Assembly (NCBI GenBank): GCA_965645245.1
Contig: OZ287069.1
Location: 1,054,001 to 1,118,000 of the forward strand
DNA length: 64,000 nt
Direction: 5' to 3'
Source of the DNA: Massalongia carnosa
Lineage: Eukaryota
The notes beneath the pieces are model-generated. The model worked only from the letters and a program-made list of their open reading frames with translations. It searched no databases and had not been told where the DNA came from. Shown here one piece after another: positions 1-12,599 of the stretch (position 1 is its first letter; each line of letters starts with the position of its first letter). Position numbers and translations under genes: made by a program.

Positions 1-186
1 AGTTGAAATTCTCATCATGGCAAACAAGCATGTTAAGCAAACAGGTTTCTCTGTTGAGACATCAGAGTGGACACTGGCTAAGGAGGGACTGTTTTTTCCT
101 TGTCTATAAGAAAGGTCACAGATCCACATTCTTTCAGTCACTACTAAGTTTCTCGCCTTGTTCAATTGCTCCCCATTCACCCATTA

Positions 187-3100
187 TGTCTATCATAGAT
201 ACGTCACATCTTTTGGAGAAAGCCGAAAGATATTCGGCATGGGCAAGATATACGAAGGGCATTCTGCTCAAGAACAACTGCGAAGGAGCCATTCTGGAGA
301 ATCAATCAGAAATCACCGCTGAAACCATCAAGGAAGGTTTAATACAAGCAGGCTTCGACGCCAAAGGTCTTTCAGTCAGCATCTTGGTAAAAGAACTGCG
401 TGACTAGAAGAATAGACAGAAGGCCGAGATGACCAAGGCTATAGGAATCATTCACGGATTAGTTGCGGAGTGCCGTTACAGCCTCATCGACAACAAGAAT
501 GCGGCAGAAATGTGGAAAATCCTGAAGGATAGATTCCAAGATATAGCACCAATGAGCATCAGCGACATCATTCTGAAGGTTAGTTCTAAGAAGATGACCG
601 ACTTCGAGACGACCAGTCTATACTGTGCATATTACGAGAGCGCTTTAAATAAGATTAAAGGAATGCTGGACGACAAGGCCAAAGTGGATGTGCATACCGT
701 GGAGTTTATGCTTAAGGGAATGATGCTGGGTAACACCAGACGTCTATTCCCCATTGATAGCCCAACTTCGACGAGATTGAACATACGAAACCACAAACCT
801 GTCGGAAGCAATGAAGACCATTATTGCTTATTATGTCAACATGAAAATCACCAAGGTACTTCATATCAGCACACCTGACTCAAGAGGTCGAGCCCCATCA
901 GGGAACTGCACCTTCTCTTAATGTGTCAAGAGAAAGAACACTCGTCATTGGCTGTATACCTGTTTGCAGAAGTTTCCACAGTTAAAAAGACATAGAAGTT
1001 CGCTCGAATCCGGAAGAGCAAAGAAACAAAAGACTACCTCGTTAGAAACGAAGGTGGACTTATCTCATACATCAACCAACATTCCAACGACCATTGACAC
1101 TCCAGATTTGAGGATGCATTTGAGCAAAGTGGATGAGGACACCTATCAAGGACTGGACGTCATTATCTGTCAAATCAAAACTCACTACATGGCATGGAAA
1201 GCTTGGTTATCTCAACATAACAACGTGTCGAAAATATCTGAAAACGCTAGACATAACGTACGATGACGATATCAACCACTGTTGGTTTTGCCATGCATGC
1301 GAAATGGGAAAAGCCAAAAAGATATACAACCGAACACGGCAAGAGAAGGCCACAGAGCTCTTTCAAAAGATAAACTCTGACCTAGTGGGACTAATCAAGC
1401 CATCAGGACTTCTTGAAGAACTTTACTTCTTCACTTTCACCTGTGATGCTAGCAGATACACTCATGTCTATACCGGACACAAGAAGAGTGAATGGTTTGA
1501 TCACTTGTTGACATACTACAGCATGGCTCAAAACAAATCCGGAAAGGCTAAACTCATAAGCAGTTTTCGCACTGACTTCGGCACGGAGCTTCGCAGTCAC
1601 AAGTCAGATGTTTGGTCCTTGGAACAAGGCATAACGTTTGAAACAGCTGCTCCATACTCTCAAGATGAAAACGGAGTCGCGGAACGAATGGGCAGAACCA
1701 TCATGGATATGACAAGATGCAGTGTCATTGCCGGAGACATTCCAGACTACTTGTGGGCAGAAGTGGTTCTAGCCATGGTTCACACCAAGAACGTCAGACC
1801 AACCAACGCCTTAGCAGGTAAAACCCCGTATGAGATCTTCGAGAAGAAGTCACCTAAGCTGGATCACCTGAGAATTCTTGGATCTACAGTCTATGCATTA
1901 ATTCACGAAGAAGAGCGAAAAGGAATAAACAGCAAGGCTGCTAAATTTTCTCCGAGGGCTCAGAAAGGAATCCTGTGTGGATATGACAGAAGCACCATCT
2001 ATCGCGTCTTTATGGAAAAAGACTACAAGGTCATCAGGGTCAAGGACTTACGAATTCATGAAGACGCCACATTCAAAGATGGGACCGATCTACCCACGTA
2101 CGACTCAACATATCATCAAGCAATGAACTCCAAATACGCAAACGAATGGAGTCAGTCTGGGTAATGGATGAGATCAAAAGTCTGCTGGAGAATAAAACCT
2201 GGGATACATTACCTACCGAGTCCATGGAACCCGGACATATAGTCTTAAGTGGCAAATGAGTATTCAAGCTGAAACGGGACGTAAATGAAAAGATCGTTCG
2301 CTTTAAAGCCAGATGGGTTGTCAAAGGATATCTCCAACAATACTGAGTAGATTTCGATCAAACCTTTGCATCTATGGTCAAACAATGGCTTTTCGCTTGC
2401 TATTCGCGTTAGCTGCTCACCACTATCTGCACATCGAGCGACTGGATATAGTGACATCTTTTCTGAACGGTCTCATTATCAACTCATCTATGTCCACATG
2501 CCGAAAGGATATGACACAGCTGGCATGGTGTGTAGGTTGAACAAAGCCCTGTACGGTTTGAATAGTCTCCGCGTCCCTGGTATGAACGACTGTCAGCTTT
2601 TCTATTGAGCAAATTAGGATTGGAGAAACTCCACGCAGATCATAACATTTTCGTCACACCTCAAGGGATAAAAGGACACATTGTTACCTCTTTCGTTGAC
2701 GATTTGAACATCATAGGCCCAAAGGGTTCCCCGATGATCACCGAAGTCAAGAAACAGCTCAAGCTAGCTTTCAAGATGGTAGACATGGGACCAATCAGCT
2801 ACTATCTAGGCCTTAAAGTCGAACGAGATCGAGTCAACAAAACCATAAAGCACTCCCATGCGAGAAGGTTGTCTCTTCATAAATGAATTTCAGGACTCCG
2901 ACAAGGACATAAAGCAATATCAAACCATGGTCGGATCCATCACGTTCGTAATGATAGAAACCAGGCCAGACATAGCTTTCGCAACGTCCGTAATCAGTCG
3001 ACATGCAAAGAATCCAGGCAAAACACATATGGAAGCGGCCAAACACATTCTCAGATACCTTAGCGGTACCAAGAATAGAGACATCACCTTCGACAAATAG

Positions 3101-3905
3101 CAGCGAAAATCCAACTGGGGTTATGTGTTCATGCTGAACAATGGACCAATAAGCTGGTGTTCCAAAAGACAAACAACCGTCACATTGTCATCAACTGAAG
3201 CAGAGTATATGGCACTCACCTTAGCAGCAAAGGAGGCAACATGGCTACGTTTATTGATGACCGAACTCGGATTGATGACTTCTGATGACGGATCCCCGAC
3301 AATAAACGTGTTAAGAGGAGAAGGCACAATTGCATTGAAAGGCGACAATCAAAGCGCCATAGCACTGGCCAATAACCCCGTATTACACTCCAGGACCAAG
3401 CATATCGACATTCAGCACTACTTCATACGAAACGAGGTGCTAGAAGGAAGAATCGACCTCACCTATGTTCCGACCGAAGACATGATTGCAGATGGACTGA
3501 CAAAAACCCTCACGCACGTCAAGTTCTTCTCCTTTATCAGACAGCTCAACATGGACAAACAGACATGAGAGGTAAAGAAGTTCAACCACGGTTGAATCCA
3601 CGATGGAAACAAGTACTGGTAGGACTTGAGGGGGGGTGTTGAATATCCAATTCCTACCAGCACAATGAACACCTATCAGTACGATGAACATAGCACCTAC
3701 GGCTGGCTGCCTTAGATGGACAGATCATCTACGGAAACCGTAGATGCCGCATTAGGCTTAGTCCCAAGATAAGATAAGATCACCTCGCTTAGAAGGGGGT
3801 GACCAGTAATAGGAAAAGATTGCTGCCTAGCAACTCTTCATCCTTAACATACATACCTTTATTATTACATAGCCATATAGCCATATTCATATACCTATTT
3901 CAACA
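187..3905 (+). mobile_element. Degenerate Ty1/copia LTR retrotransposon (gag, integrase, RT, RNase H; 5' LTR not in window)
   Basis: Gag-like 'NAAEMWKILKDRF'; GAG-pre-integrase 'WHGKLGYL...CHACEMGK'; integrase core 'NSDLVG...RTDFGTE...ENGVAER'; RT 'FVDDLNIIG' and 'TRPDIAFATS'; RNase H 'SSTEAEYMA...DNQSAI...KHIDIQHYF...ADGLTK'. The INT-RT-RH order is copia-type. Many stops, frameshifts and deletions. Confidence 0.95.
3637..3905 (+). repeat. 3' LTR of the copia element (269 bp), preceded by a polypurine tract
   Basis: PPT GAGGGGGGG at 3628-3636, directly followed by TGTTGAA; ends TTCAACA at 3905 (7-bp inverted termini, TG...CA). CATGA (3906-3910) is the expected TSD half. Confidence 0.9.
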
Positions 3906-3934
3906 CATGACTTAATCTATCTTCGCAACCTGGG

Positions 3935-4265
3935 ATATTTTTATAATTTAAATATGTTAAAACTAATCGATTAATTAATCATTAGATAATTAAAAAACAA
4001 AATAATTTCAAAAATTGCTATTATCGTACATAACAAAGCAAACATGTAACAAATTAGAAATATTGATTTTCTCCGCAAAATTTAAGCGAAAGTTCAATAT
4101 TTCTGAACGATTTCATTTGAACGTGTAAGCATTCATGATTAATATGATTATAATAGATTCGAAAACTTACATCAATTAAATTTATGACAAAAATTTTTTA
4201 TTTTAAAAGTTCGAAGTTGTTTGAAGAATTTTATTTAGGTATGTTTAATTTATGAAATGCATGAG
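3935..4265. repeat. AT-rich, probably hypermutated repeat relic
   Basis: Abrupt drop in GC; almost no CC/GG while CG and CA/TG persist; no ORF. Confidence 0.55.
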
Positions 4266-4435
4266 TTTTGGTGTGAAATCGCTTAATCGCGGAAACTTTT
4301 GTCCTGGTACAAGGTACTGTAACTAGTCACGTGCTAGTTAATCCAAGCCCTCTAACTCAGTTAGGTAATGCATCAGCTGCCTCGTGCACGACTTAATTAA
4401 TCAAAGGTATCGTTATGGTAGTAATGCTACAATAA

Positions 4436-5111
4436 ATGGCAGCCTCACACTTATCCATGCAAGGAGTTATGTTCACTACCGGTGATCGTATCAAGCAGCT
4501 AAACGATATTGATAAAGTATGCTTGTCCACCATAGCCAATCCTTTCAATCAATCTACCCGTTAATGTCAACTTCTAGGATGTTGCAAAATTGCTTCATGC
4601 CGCTGGTCTAGCTATCAACGCCCTAACGAAGTCCTCATCGTCCGTGCAAGATGATAAGCCAACCCAAGCCCTAAAACTCGAGCAACAGAAGGAGGATTTC
4701 ACAGCTGCTACATCCCAATACTTTTCTTTGATTTCATCAGTTGACGTTCGTTTACGTCGTCAAATTTATGCACTCGAGGAAGCAGAAATAATACCGGCTG
4801 AGGCAGCCACGAAGGAGTCACAAGTTGCCTCGGCTGTTCCTGCAGGTTTAGCAGCTCTGGCGAGTGGGCCAAATGCAGCTTCGGCGAAGCAAGCGCTCGG
4901 CAACAAGAATGGCAGCACAGGTGGTGGGCTTGGCTCGCTGGATGTTGGCTGGCTTAACAGTAGAAACGGTAGTGTGGGAAAAGAAATGGAGGCTGAACTG
5001 TGGGCAAAGTCGGAGAGCTTCGTTAAGAGATTAGAACGGACTACGAACCTAGAGGCACACGACATTGATCACCTTAATAGAGCCGAGGACTCCGCTCTTT
5101 TAGAGTCTTGA
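4436..5111 (+). CDS. MED11: Mediator complex subunit Med11 (2 exons)
   Basis: ATG 4436 'MAASHLSMQGVMFTTGDRIKQLNDIDK'; intron GTATGC 4517 to TAG 4577; continues in frame 'DVAKLLHAAGLAI...YFSLISSVDVRLRRQIYALEEA...LDVGWLNSR...EMEAELW', typical of fungal Med11. Confidence 0.85.
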
Positions 5112-5179
5112 CACCCTGTTTTGATGAAGAGCTATACCCGTTTGCCTGAAACCCTTCGTCTCAATAACTCGGGAGGTGA

Positions 5180-6966
5180 TGATGATGATGATGATGATTC
5201 TTATTCCGATGTGGTACCGGCCGAAGGCCGGCCCATGCGGGCGAGTCTATCTAGTTGTATAGTACATGGAAAACCTTTTGAGGAAGAAAAACCATGCAAT
5301 CCTGTGTCCGGCCGAGGACCCTCCGGGTCCCAGCCGTGTGCTCCATGAAAAAACCTTTGACCTAAGACAAGTATGAAAAATGAAACAAAGCATGCCTACT
5401 GTTAGCAGTATAGATGCTGTGCTGTCAGCGAAATTTGTGACAACAAACCTGTCTTCATTAGCCATTTTGTGACTAATTTCATTGCTTTAGATGACTCAGT
5501 GATTAATCGATAGTTGTTTGTGCCTATCGTATTTAGCAGAGTTTTTCTGTTGTGGTTGAGTTTGCAAAACATGATCACATGTTTTGCAGTCTGTTTGTGC
5601 TAGCCACATGAGCAGTTCGGGGACGAGACGTCTGGGACTCGGTGTCTATGTAGGAAGGCGGCTAGGCCTATCTTTTCTGAGCGTATCTGAATGGCTAGCG
5701 CGCTCTCCGCTTTGGCTAGAGTTTCGTGCAATTTGATGCGTTTTTTGGAGAGTGAACCTGATTGTGCCGGGGTGGGAACGGGTGTGCGTTCCTGATATGA
5801 TCTCCACGAGGCCTGCCATGCAACTGTGTGTCGTTTTTTGATTTGAGCAGTTATTTTGTTATGAGCGGCGCGTGCCTCCCCTATGTCTCGGGCGAGATTT
5901 GGGGGGGATTCGGCCCATGGTGGATTTGGTGTTGGTGTTGGAGGGTTATGTGCCTCCGATGTGATTCTCTTGGCCCAGGCGTATTTCAGCGTTCCTGGAG
6001 TGATGACTGGGGCCCTCTTGCGTCCCGCCCGACCTCGAAGTTTATTGGCTATTTTGTTGCATGCATTTGTGATGAAACTCTTTTGACCATTTCGACACAG
6101 GCGTTGTCTGGTCTGGGCCTGTAGTTGATCTAAATGTATGTCAATTGAGGCTATAAATGTCTCTGCTTCTAGGACAGCTATGGGCGTTACTTTGAAGGCT
6201 CCGGCTATGTTTCTTAGACATTTGTTTTGTATGACAACCAGTTTGTTCGAGATGACGTTTGATTTTTGAATTTCTTTTGGCATGTGCCAAATGGTGGAGC
6301 CGTACGTCATGGCCGGCCGGACTACGGCGGTGTAAACCTGGCGTGCCTTTAGAAGAGTGGCGCCCCATGTGGAGGTGGATATTTTTGTCAATGCCCTGGA
6401 TTGTTTTGTCATTTTTTCCTGGATTTTCCTTGTGTGAGCACCCCATTTCAATTTTGAATTGATTTGAAGTCCTAGAATTCTGATGTCTGTCTTTGGTTTT
6501 ATGATGTTATTTCCTATTTGAATAACAGTGAACATGTTGAATTTCTTCGAATTTCTTGACAGATGTATCAATTCGTATTTCTTCGGAGCGAAGACTGAAC
6601 CATGTCGACTTGCCCATTTTTCACATTTTTTGTGAATTACCTCTAGCGTCTTGCAATTTTCTTCGGTGCTTTTTCCGTATGCTAGCACATTGATGTCATC
6701 TACGAAGCCTACAGCACTCGTGTTGATGCCTGGTCTTTCACATATGTCTAGTAGGTCTGCATTGTAGAACAGATAAAGAATAGGTGAAATGGGGGAGCCT
6801 TGTGGGATTCCGGTTTTTACATCGAATATGCCCGTGACTCGGCTGTGAATCGCCAGGGTAGTGCTTCTTTCATTCAGAAAACTGTTCACCCAGTCAGTGA
6901 TCCATTTTGGGATTTTCCTTTTGCGAAGATTGTGAATCAGTCTTCGATATGTCACTGTGTCATAGG
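5180..6966 (-). mobile_element. 5'-truncated non-LTR retrotransposon (Tad1/CgT1-like LINE; RT plus C-terminal CCHC)
   Basis: RT motifs 'GIPQGSPISPILYLFY' and 'FVDDIN'; zinc knuckle 'CSCG*HKQTAKHVIMFC' broken by TAG at 5600-5602; (ATC)n 3' tail at about 5180-5198; perfect 15-bp TSD TAACTCGGGAGGTGA at 5165-5179 and 6967-6981. Confidence 0.95.
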
Positions 6967-7436
6967 TAACTCGGGAGGTGAAACTTTTAGTTTGCCGATA
7001 ATGAAGGTTACTTTGCTGAGCCATCCAATAATCTTTCTTCTGTGGCACTGGAGGAGAAGTAAATGTTCAAACCTTTAAAGTGAAGTACCTATTAGGAAAT
7101 GTCCCGAAATACATGTAGGCGTAGCGTCAGAGAGCGCAAATCCCTCTTACCAGTCCCCCTTTCATAGGTCGCTGTGAAGTTAAATTTGGCCCAATTGTAA
7201 CATATCTTGCAAAGGTTGGTACAAAGACTACTTACTATTCATGATTTAAAAGGCACATCATTGCTCTGTTCCCTCGGCTGTGGGAAAGCTGATTCGTAGG
7301 GCAAAAGGTTCGGATAGGGCCGACACTCCGTCCAGCGGAACGCGAATCACCGCTATATAACATCCTCAAGGTCGACCACTACTTCGCGTAGCCTAGAAAT
7401 CAATCTTTGGATGACCCATCATTTCTTTTGTTGAAA

Positions 7437-9561
7437 ATGGATACAGAGGATTCGCCCTGGAATGGTATCCGATCTCCATGCTCATCATATAGGTTGGGCC
7501 GGGACTAACTGTCAGAAAGACGTCCCATCCCGGTCAGCTTCAAATTCCAATCTTCCAAAAGCTGCCGAATCAGCGCCATTAGGTAAACCCAACGGCCTGG
7601 CTTTGGTACTCAATTCTGACACAAACAAGAATCTCCGAGCAAACTGAAGCCCCTACAAACTCCAGGCCTATCTGAACCGCAGACACCTACATCCCCATTT
7701 GGAAAAGGCTCGCGAACCCCACGTCGGGTAGGCGCTCACTCAACTCGATTGGAAGCCGTAGATGACTCTCTCGGCCCTCTCGGCCCTTTGGGAGATGAAT
7801 CCCCACTCCTACTTGCTGAGTCTGGACAGCCCCCTGCACCCCCGTTGAAAGAGCAATCATTACCTGTTCGGAATGTCCGCCAGGGGCAAGGTCCTTTACA
7901 ACCTCTTGTACGTAGAGGTATGGTGGACCCGGCTGATTTAGGAGACGACGACAAGTCTACGCCCCCAAGAGCAAGGTATACATCCCTAGGACAGCCACCC
8001 TATGCAGGAAGTGAAATCTCGCGGAGACAAGCCCAACCAAGCGTCAGCATTGAGCAGGCTGCGAGACCAAGCTTCGACATCACCGTTGGGGATCCACACA
8101 AAGTTGGAGATTTGACTAGTAGTCACATTGTTTATCAAGTACGGACAAAGGTAAGAGAGGATGAGCAGATTCCGACCGAGTTCCTGAGCTGATACCTCTT
8201 CAGACGTCATCTAAAGCATATAAGCACCCTGAATTCGCTGTCAGCCGCCGATACAGAGACTTTCTTTGGCTTTACAGTTCGCTACATAACAATAATCCAG
8301 GCGTTGTAGTTCCACCACCGCCAGAGAAGCAAGCGGTTGGCAGGTTTGATAGTAATTTTGTTGAATCCAGACGATCAGCACTGGAGAGAATGCTAAACAA
8401 AACGGCTGCCCATCCAATTCTTCAGCACGATGCCGATCTGAAAATCTTTCTTGAAAGCGACGCGTTCAACATGGATGTCAAGCATCGAGAACACCGAGAG
8501 CCTGGGCTTGGTGAAAGCAAAGGCGTGTTCAGCTCCATTGGCTTCGGCACTACCGGCAGCGGTAAATTTATCGAGCATGACGATTGGTTTCACGAGCGTA
8601 GAATCTATCTCGACGCGCTTGAAAACCAACTGAAAGCTCTTCTCAAAGCTATCGATACAGTGGTATCACAACGTAGAGCTCTTGCCGAAGCAGCCGGCGA
8701 CTTCTCGGTTTCTCTTCACGCACTATCCACCGTCGAGCTTTCCGTCTCCTTGTCTGCGCCCCTGGAGGGCTTATCTGACCTCCAACTACGTATTCGCGAG
8801 CTCTACGAGCGCCAAGCTCAGCAAGACGTGCTCACTCTCGGCATCACTGTAGATGAGTACATCCGCCTGATCTCTTCTATCAAAATGTCCTTTACTCAAC
8901 GGCAGAAATCTTTCCATTCGTGGCATAGCGCCGAGGCCGAACTCGCAAAGAGAAGATCGACGCAGGAAAAGGTTCTACGATCTGGCAAAACGCAGCAGGA
9001 CCGGTTAAACCAGCTACAAGCTGATGTGGGAGAAGGCGAGCGAAGATGCCATCAGGCACGGCTCTTGTTTGAAGATATGGGCCGGCTAATGCGCGCGGAG
9101 CTGGAACGCTTTGAGAAGGAAAAGGTTGAGGATTTTAAAAGTGGGGTGGAAACGTTTTTAGAGGGTGCGATAGAGGCACAGAAGGAGGTCGGTCCCGTGT
9201 CTTTACTTATTCCTTTCTTGAAATACCCTTGTTTGAGTCTACTTCGTTCGGGTACTGTCGTCTGGGGCTTGTATAGAAACTCCCTCTATGCTTTATACTA
9301 ACCCGATGAAAAATGCAGCTAATTGAACTCTGGGAAACATTCCTTATGCAACTCGACGCTGACGAGGATGGCGAACCATTCTTCAGGCCCCCCGTCATCG
9401 CTCCCTCGCCTCATCCACCATTCAGCCCACAGCAACAACAACAACAACCGCGCGAGGAGCAGGTGCCGCAACCTCGGAATCCAACCATAGTAGAACCTGG
9501 GGGAGAGAATGAACGGCCGCAGATTGCGGCCGCAACGGCCACCGTGGAACAGGAGGAATGA
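7437..9561 (+). CDS. VPS5: Retromer sorting nexin Vps5 (PX + BAR), multi-exon
   Basis: PX 'FDITVGDPHKVGDLTSSHIVYQVRTK...SRRYRDFLWLY...PPPPEKQAVGRF'; BAR 'DALENQLKAL...FEKEKVEDFKSGVETFLE...ELWETFL'; canonical GT-AG introns. Confidence 0.9.
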
Positions 9562-10199
9562 AGGGGGTAGTTTCTCAAAACTTCTCTGATGGGAAGTGGT
9601 CTTTCGCAGCGCCGGGACGAGCCTATCAACCAAAGTGGTACTTGTAGTATGTGTCATACATCTATTTATCCTGGAGGGAATGCCCCTGTTTGTATGTATA
9701 TGTCGAACGAAATTGACTCGATCAATTCACCGAAAAGTAGAACACTTTAACAAACCACTCTACTCTGACTTCCCCTTCTCGTGGAATTAAATAGTACATA
9801 GTACTAGCTAAGCGGTCTTATGGAATATGGTAAGTCCGTGGACGGTTTTCTGAAACTTAGGGCTAAGAGATAGACTAACCCTGGTTAACCGACATCAACG
9901 GTATAGGGCTGAACAGGTATTGGACTAATCCTAAAACGGAGATCTCAGCATCGAATAACCTGACGAGGTTTTGTTTTCGGTTTACTGTTTAGTCCTTCGG
10001 TGACATATTTCCTTATTCCTCCTCCATACGTGAGAGGAAACAACAGAGCTTCAGAAAGGCGGATGGAGCGGTGGTCACATCACTCATCCTCAGCCGGCGA
10101 ATCTCCAAATCTCGACTAACAATCATGCGATAGCGACGACTTCCCCTATGCGCACCAGTCCTAATAAGCGGAAAGAGGACTTTAAATAAATCTCCTATA

Positions 10200-11945
10200 A
10201 TGACTCGCAGAATTGTAAGTTGCTCGCAATTCTAGGAAGGTACAATGTACTGATATAGCGCGCAGGTTCGTACCAGCATACAGCTTGGCATCTTAACCTC
10301 CATAATCTTTATCCTAGTTTTTCTCCTCGACAATCGATTCAGTGTTCTTCCCGAGGCCATTCATAATGCTCTTCCTGCTCACCACCCGGGCCTTGTCATT
10401 ACAGATATTACCATAGCGAGCTGTTCGACGCTTAATCTCCTCTCGAATTGTAAACTCGACGCAAGCAAATGGCACCGCATAGAGACCGACCTCTATCTCT
10501 CCCACGGTTGGTTGACTCATGCCTACATCCATATTGAACGCAAGCGGGAATCTGAAATGACAGACAATGACCGAGTGATCCATGATCTTCGGGTAGGCCG
10601 CTTCGAGCCTGATGCTTCGGAGAAACCCCAAGGCGCTGAAGGATGGGAGTCGCGCCCAGGGGGCATATGGATCAAGCGGACTTCTAAGCGGCACGGCTCT
10701 GATTCCGCTAAAGCGATCACGGCTGTTGATGTTCTGTTTGGCTCCGATGCTGTTGAACCTCGCCCAGGATGGCACCTTATCGACAAGCCGCTCATCCTGA
10801 GCAACCCCGGTGACAACGAAGCAGCTCACCTGACCATACGTCGCGGTCCTCCAATTCATGTTGAAAAGTCTGTGCTTCATGTTCGCAAGGATGGTAAGTT
10901 TAAGATTCTTCAGGTATCCGATCTGCACCTTTCCACTGGCTTGGGAGCATGCCGCGACCCGGAACCTAAATCTCTGGACGGCAGCGGAAAATGCGACGCC
11001 GACCCCCGCACCCTTGATTTTATCCGCTCAGCCCTTGACCTCGAAACGCCAGACCTGGTCGTCCTCTCTGGCGATCAGATCAACGGCGAAACAAGCCCGG
11101 ATTCGCAATCCGCTCTTTTCAAATTCGCCGACCTATTCATCAGCCGCAAAATTCCTTACGCCACCATTCTCGGAAACCACGACAATGAAGGCTCGCTCTC
11201 TTCCCGCGAAGCTCTCATGCAACTCACGAAAACCCTCCCCTACTCGCTCTCGGAGCCGGGCCCCGCTACGGTGGACGGCGTGGGCAACTACTACGTCGAA
11301 GTGCTCGCGCGCGGCACGTCATCGCACTCGGCACTGACGCTCTACCTCCTCGATACGCACAGTTACAGCCCGGACGAGAGGCACTTCCGCGGCTACGACT
11401 GGGTCAAGAAGTCACAGATTGACTGGTTCAAGCGGACGGCGCAGGCGCTCAAGCACTCTCCCGCCCACCTTGACTACACCCACGTTCACATGGACATGGC
11501 ATTCATCCATATTCCACTCCCAGAGTACCGTAACACGGCCGATATTATACCTGCCAGCGGCAGCGCGCTTGAGTCCCCCACGGCCCCAGCCTTTAACAGT
11601 GGCTTCAAGACCGCGCTGGTAGAGGAGGGCGTGCTGGCCGTGAGCTGCGGGCATGACCACGCAAACGATTACTGCGCGCTGGCGAGGAGTGAGGGCGATG
11701 GAGGAAAACCAGAGCTGTGGATGTGTTACGCGGGCGGATCCGGGTTCGGCGGGTATGGCGGATATGGAGGGTACAGGCGACGGGTACGGGTATTTGAGTT
11801 CGATATGAACGAAGCGCGCATCAGCACGTGGAAGCGCGTGGAGGGCGGAGGAAACGGAAGGGTCGGGGAGGCCCTAGTGGAAAAGGGGGTGGAGAGGGCG
11901 GATGAGATGGTGATTGTGGAGGGGGGGAAAGTTGTCGGGGCGTGA
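10200..11945 (+). CDS. DCR2: Calcineurin-like metallophosphoesterase, Dcr2 family
   Basis: Short exon MTRRI plus intron, N-terminal TM anchor; motifs 'DLH', 'GDQ', 'GNHD', 'HIPLPEY', 'GHDHANDYC', 'GFGGYGGYGG'. Confidence 0.88.
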
Positions 11946-12599
11946 AGGGAGTAGTGTAAGAGATTCTGTTTTTACTTAACTGGGGAGGAACGGTTGCTGG
12001 GTTTTGGATCGAAGGGAAAAAGGTAGGTGGGGGAACGGGCCGGGGCGGTTGTATTTCTACTCTTCTGGTTTCGGGAGTTTTTAATGGCGTTTCGTTGGCG
12101 ATTTTAATGTGTTTGGACACTCACATCTCCACATTCTGGTATTTGCATTTATATGGATTTTTCCGGCTGAGGTGTGTGGGCCGATGGTATGTGTATGGCG
12201 AGAGTCGTCGTTTGTCTCCTAACGTATCCGCTGATTACTTGCCATGCTTGCATGCATACTTTCTGCATAGGGGTCTTCTGTCTTGTCAGGACCGTTTGAA
12301 AAGAAAAAGAAAAAGGGGGCAGGGGCGCGGAGATAAGAGCTAAGGAAGCAAGTAGGTAGGTAGACGGGTAGGTAGTTGATTAGCTATTCTCGTAAGAAAA
12401 GGGGTACGCTACGATATGACAAGCAGGCGTTGCGACCGTCCGGCCTACTCCAACGAAATGCAATTTCCCCTAGCAACAATCACGGAGTCGTTCTCCCCAG
12501 AAGACACGCACGACAAGCTTAGGCAACTAGATAGCCGCGCCAAAGTGACACAGCGCCAAAACGCCCTGCTTGATGACGACGATGGTGGAGAAGAAATGC

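Noticed and set aside
1..186. 5' LTR/PBS of the copia element
   Set aside because: No similarity to the 3' LTR; it must lie upstream of the window or be lost.
6967..7048. N-terminus of the 482-aa RT ORF
   Set aside because: It lies outside the TSD-bounded element; chance open frame in host flank.
9855..9935. Two weak hairpins separated by ACATCA (H-box-like), possible H/ACA snoRNA
   Set aside because: No terminal ACA box, and the stems are weak.
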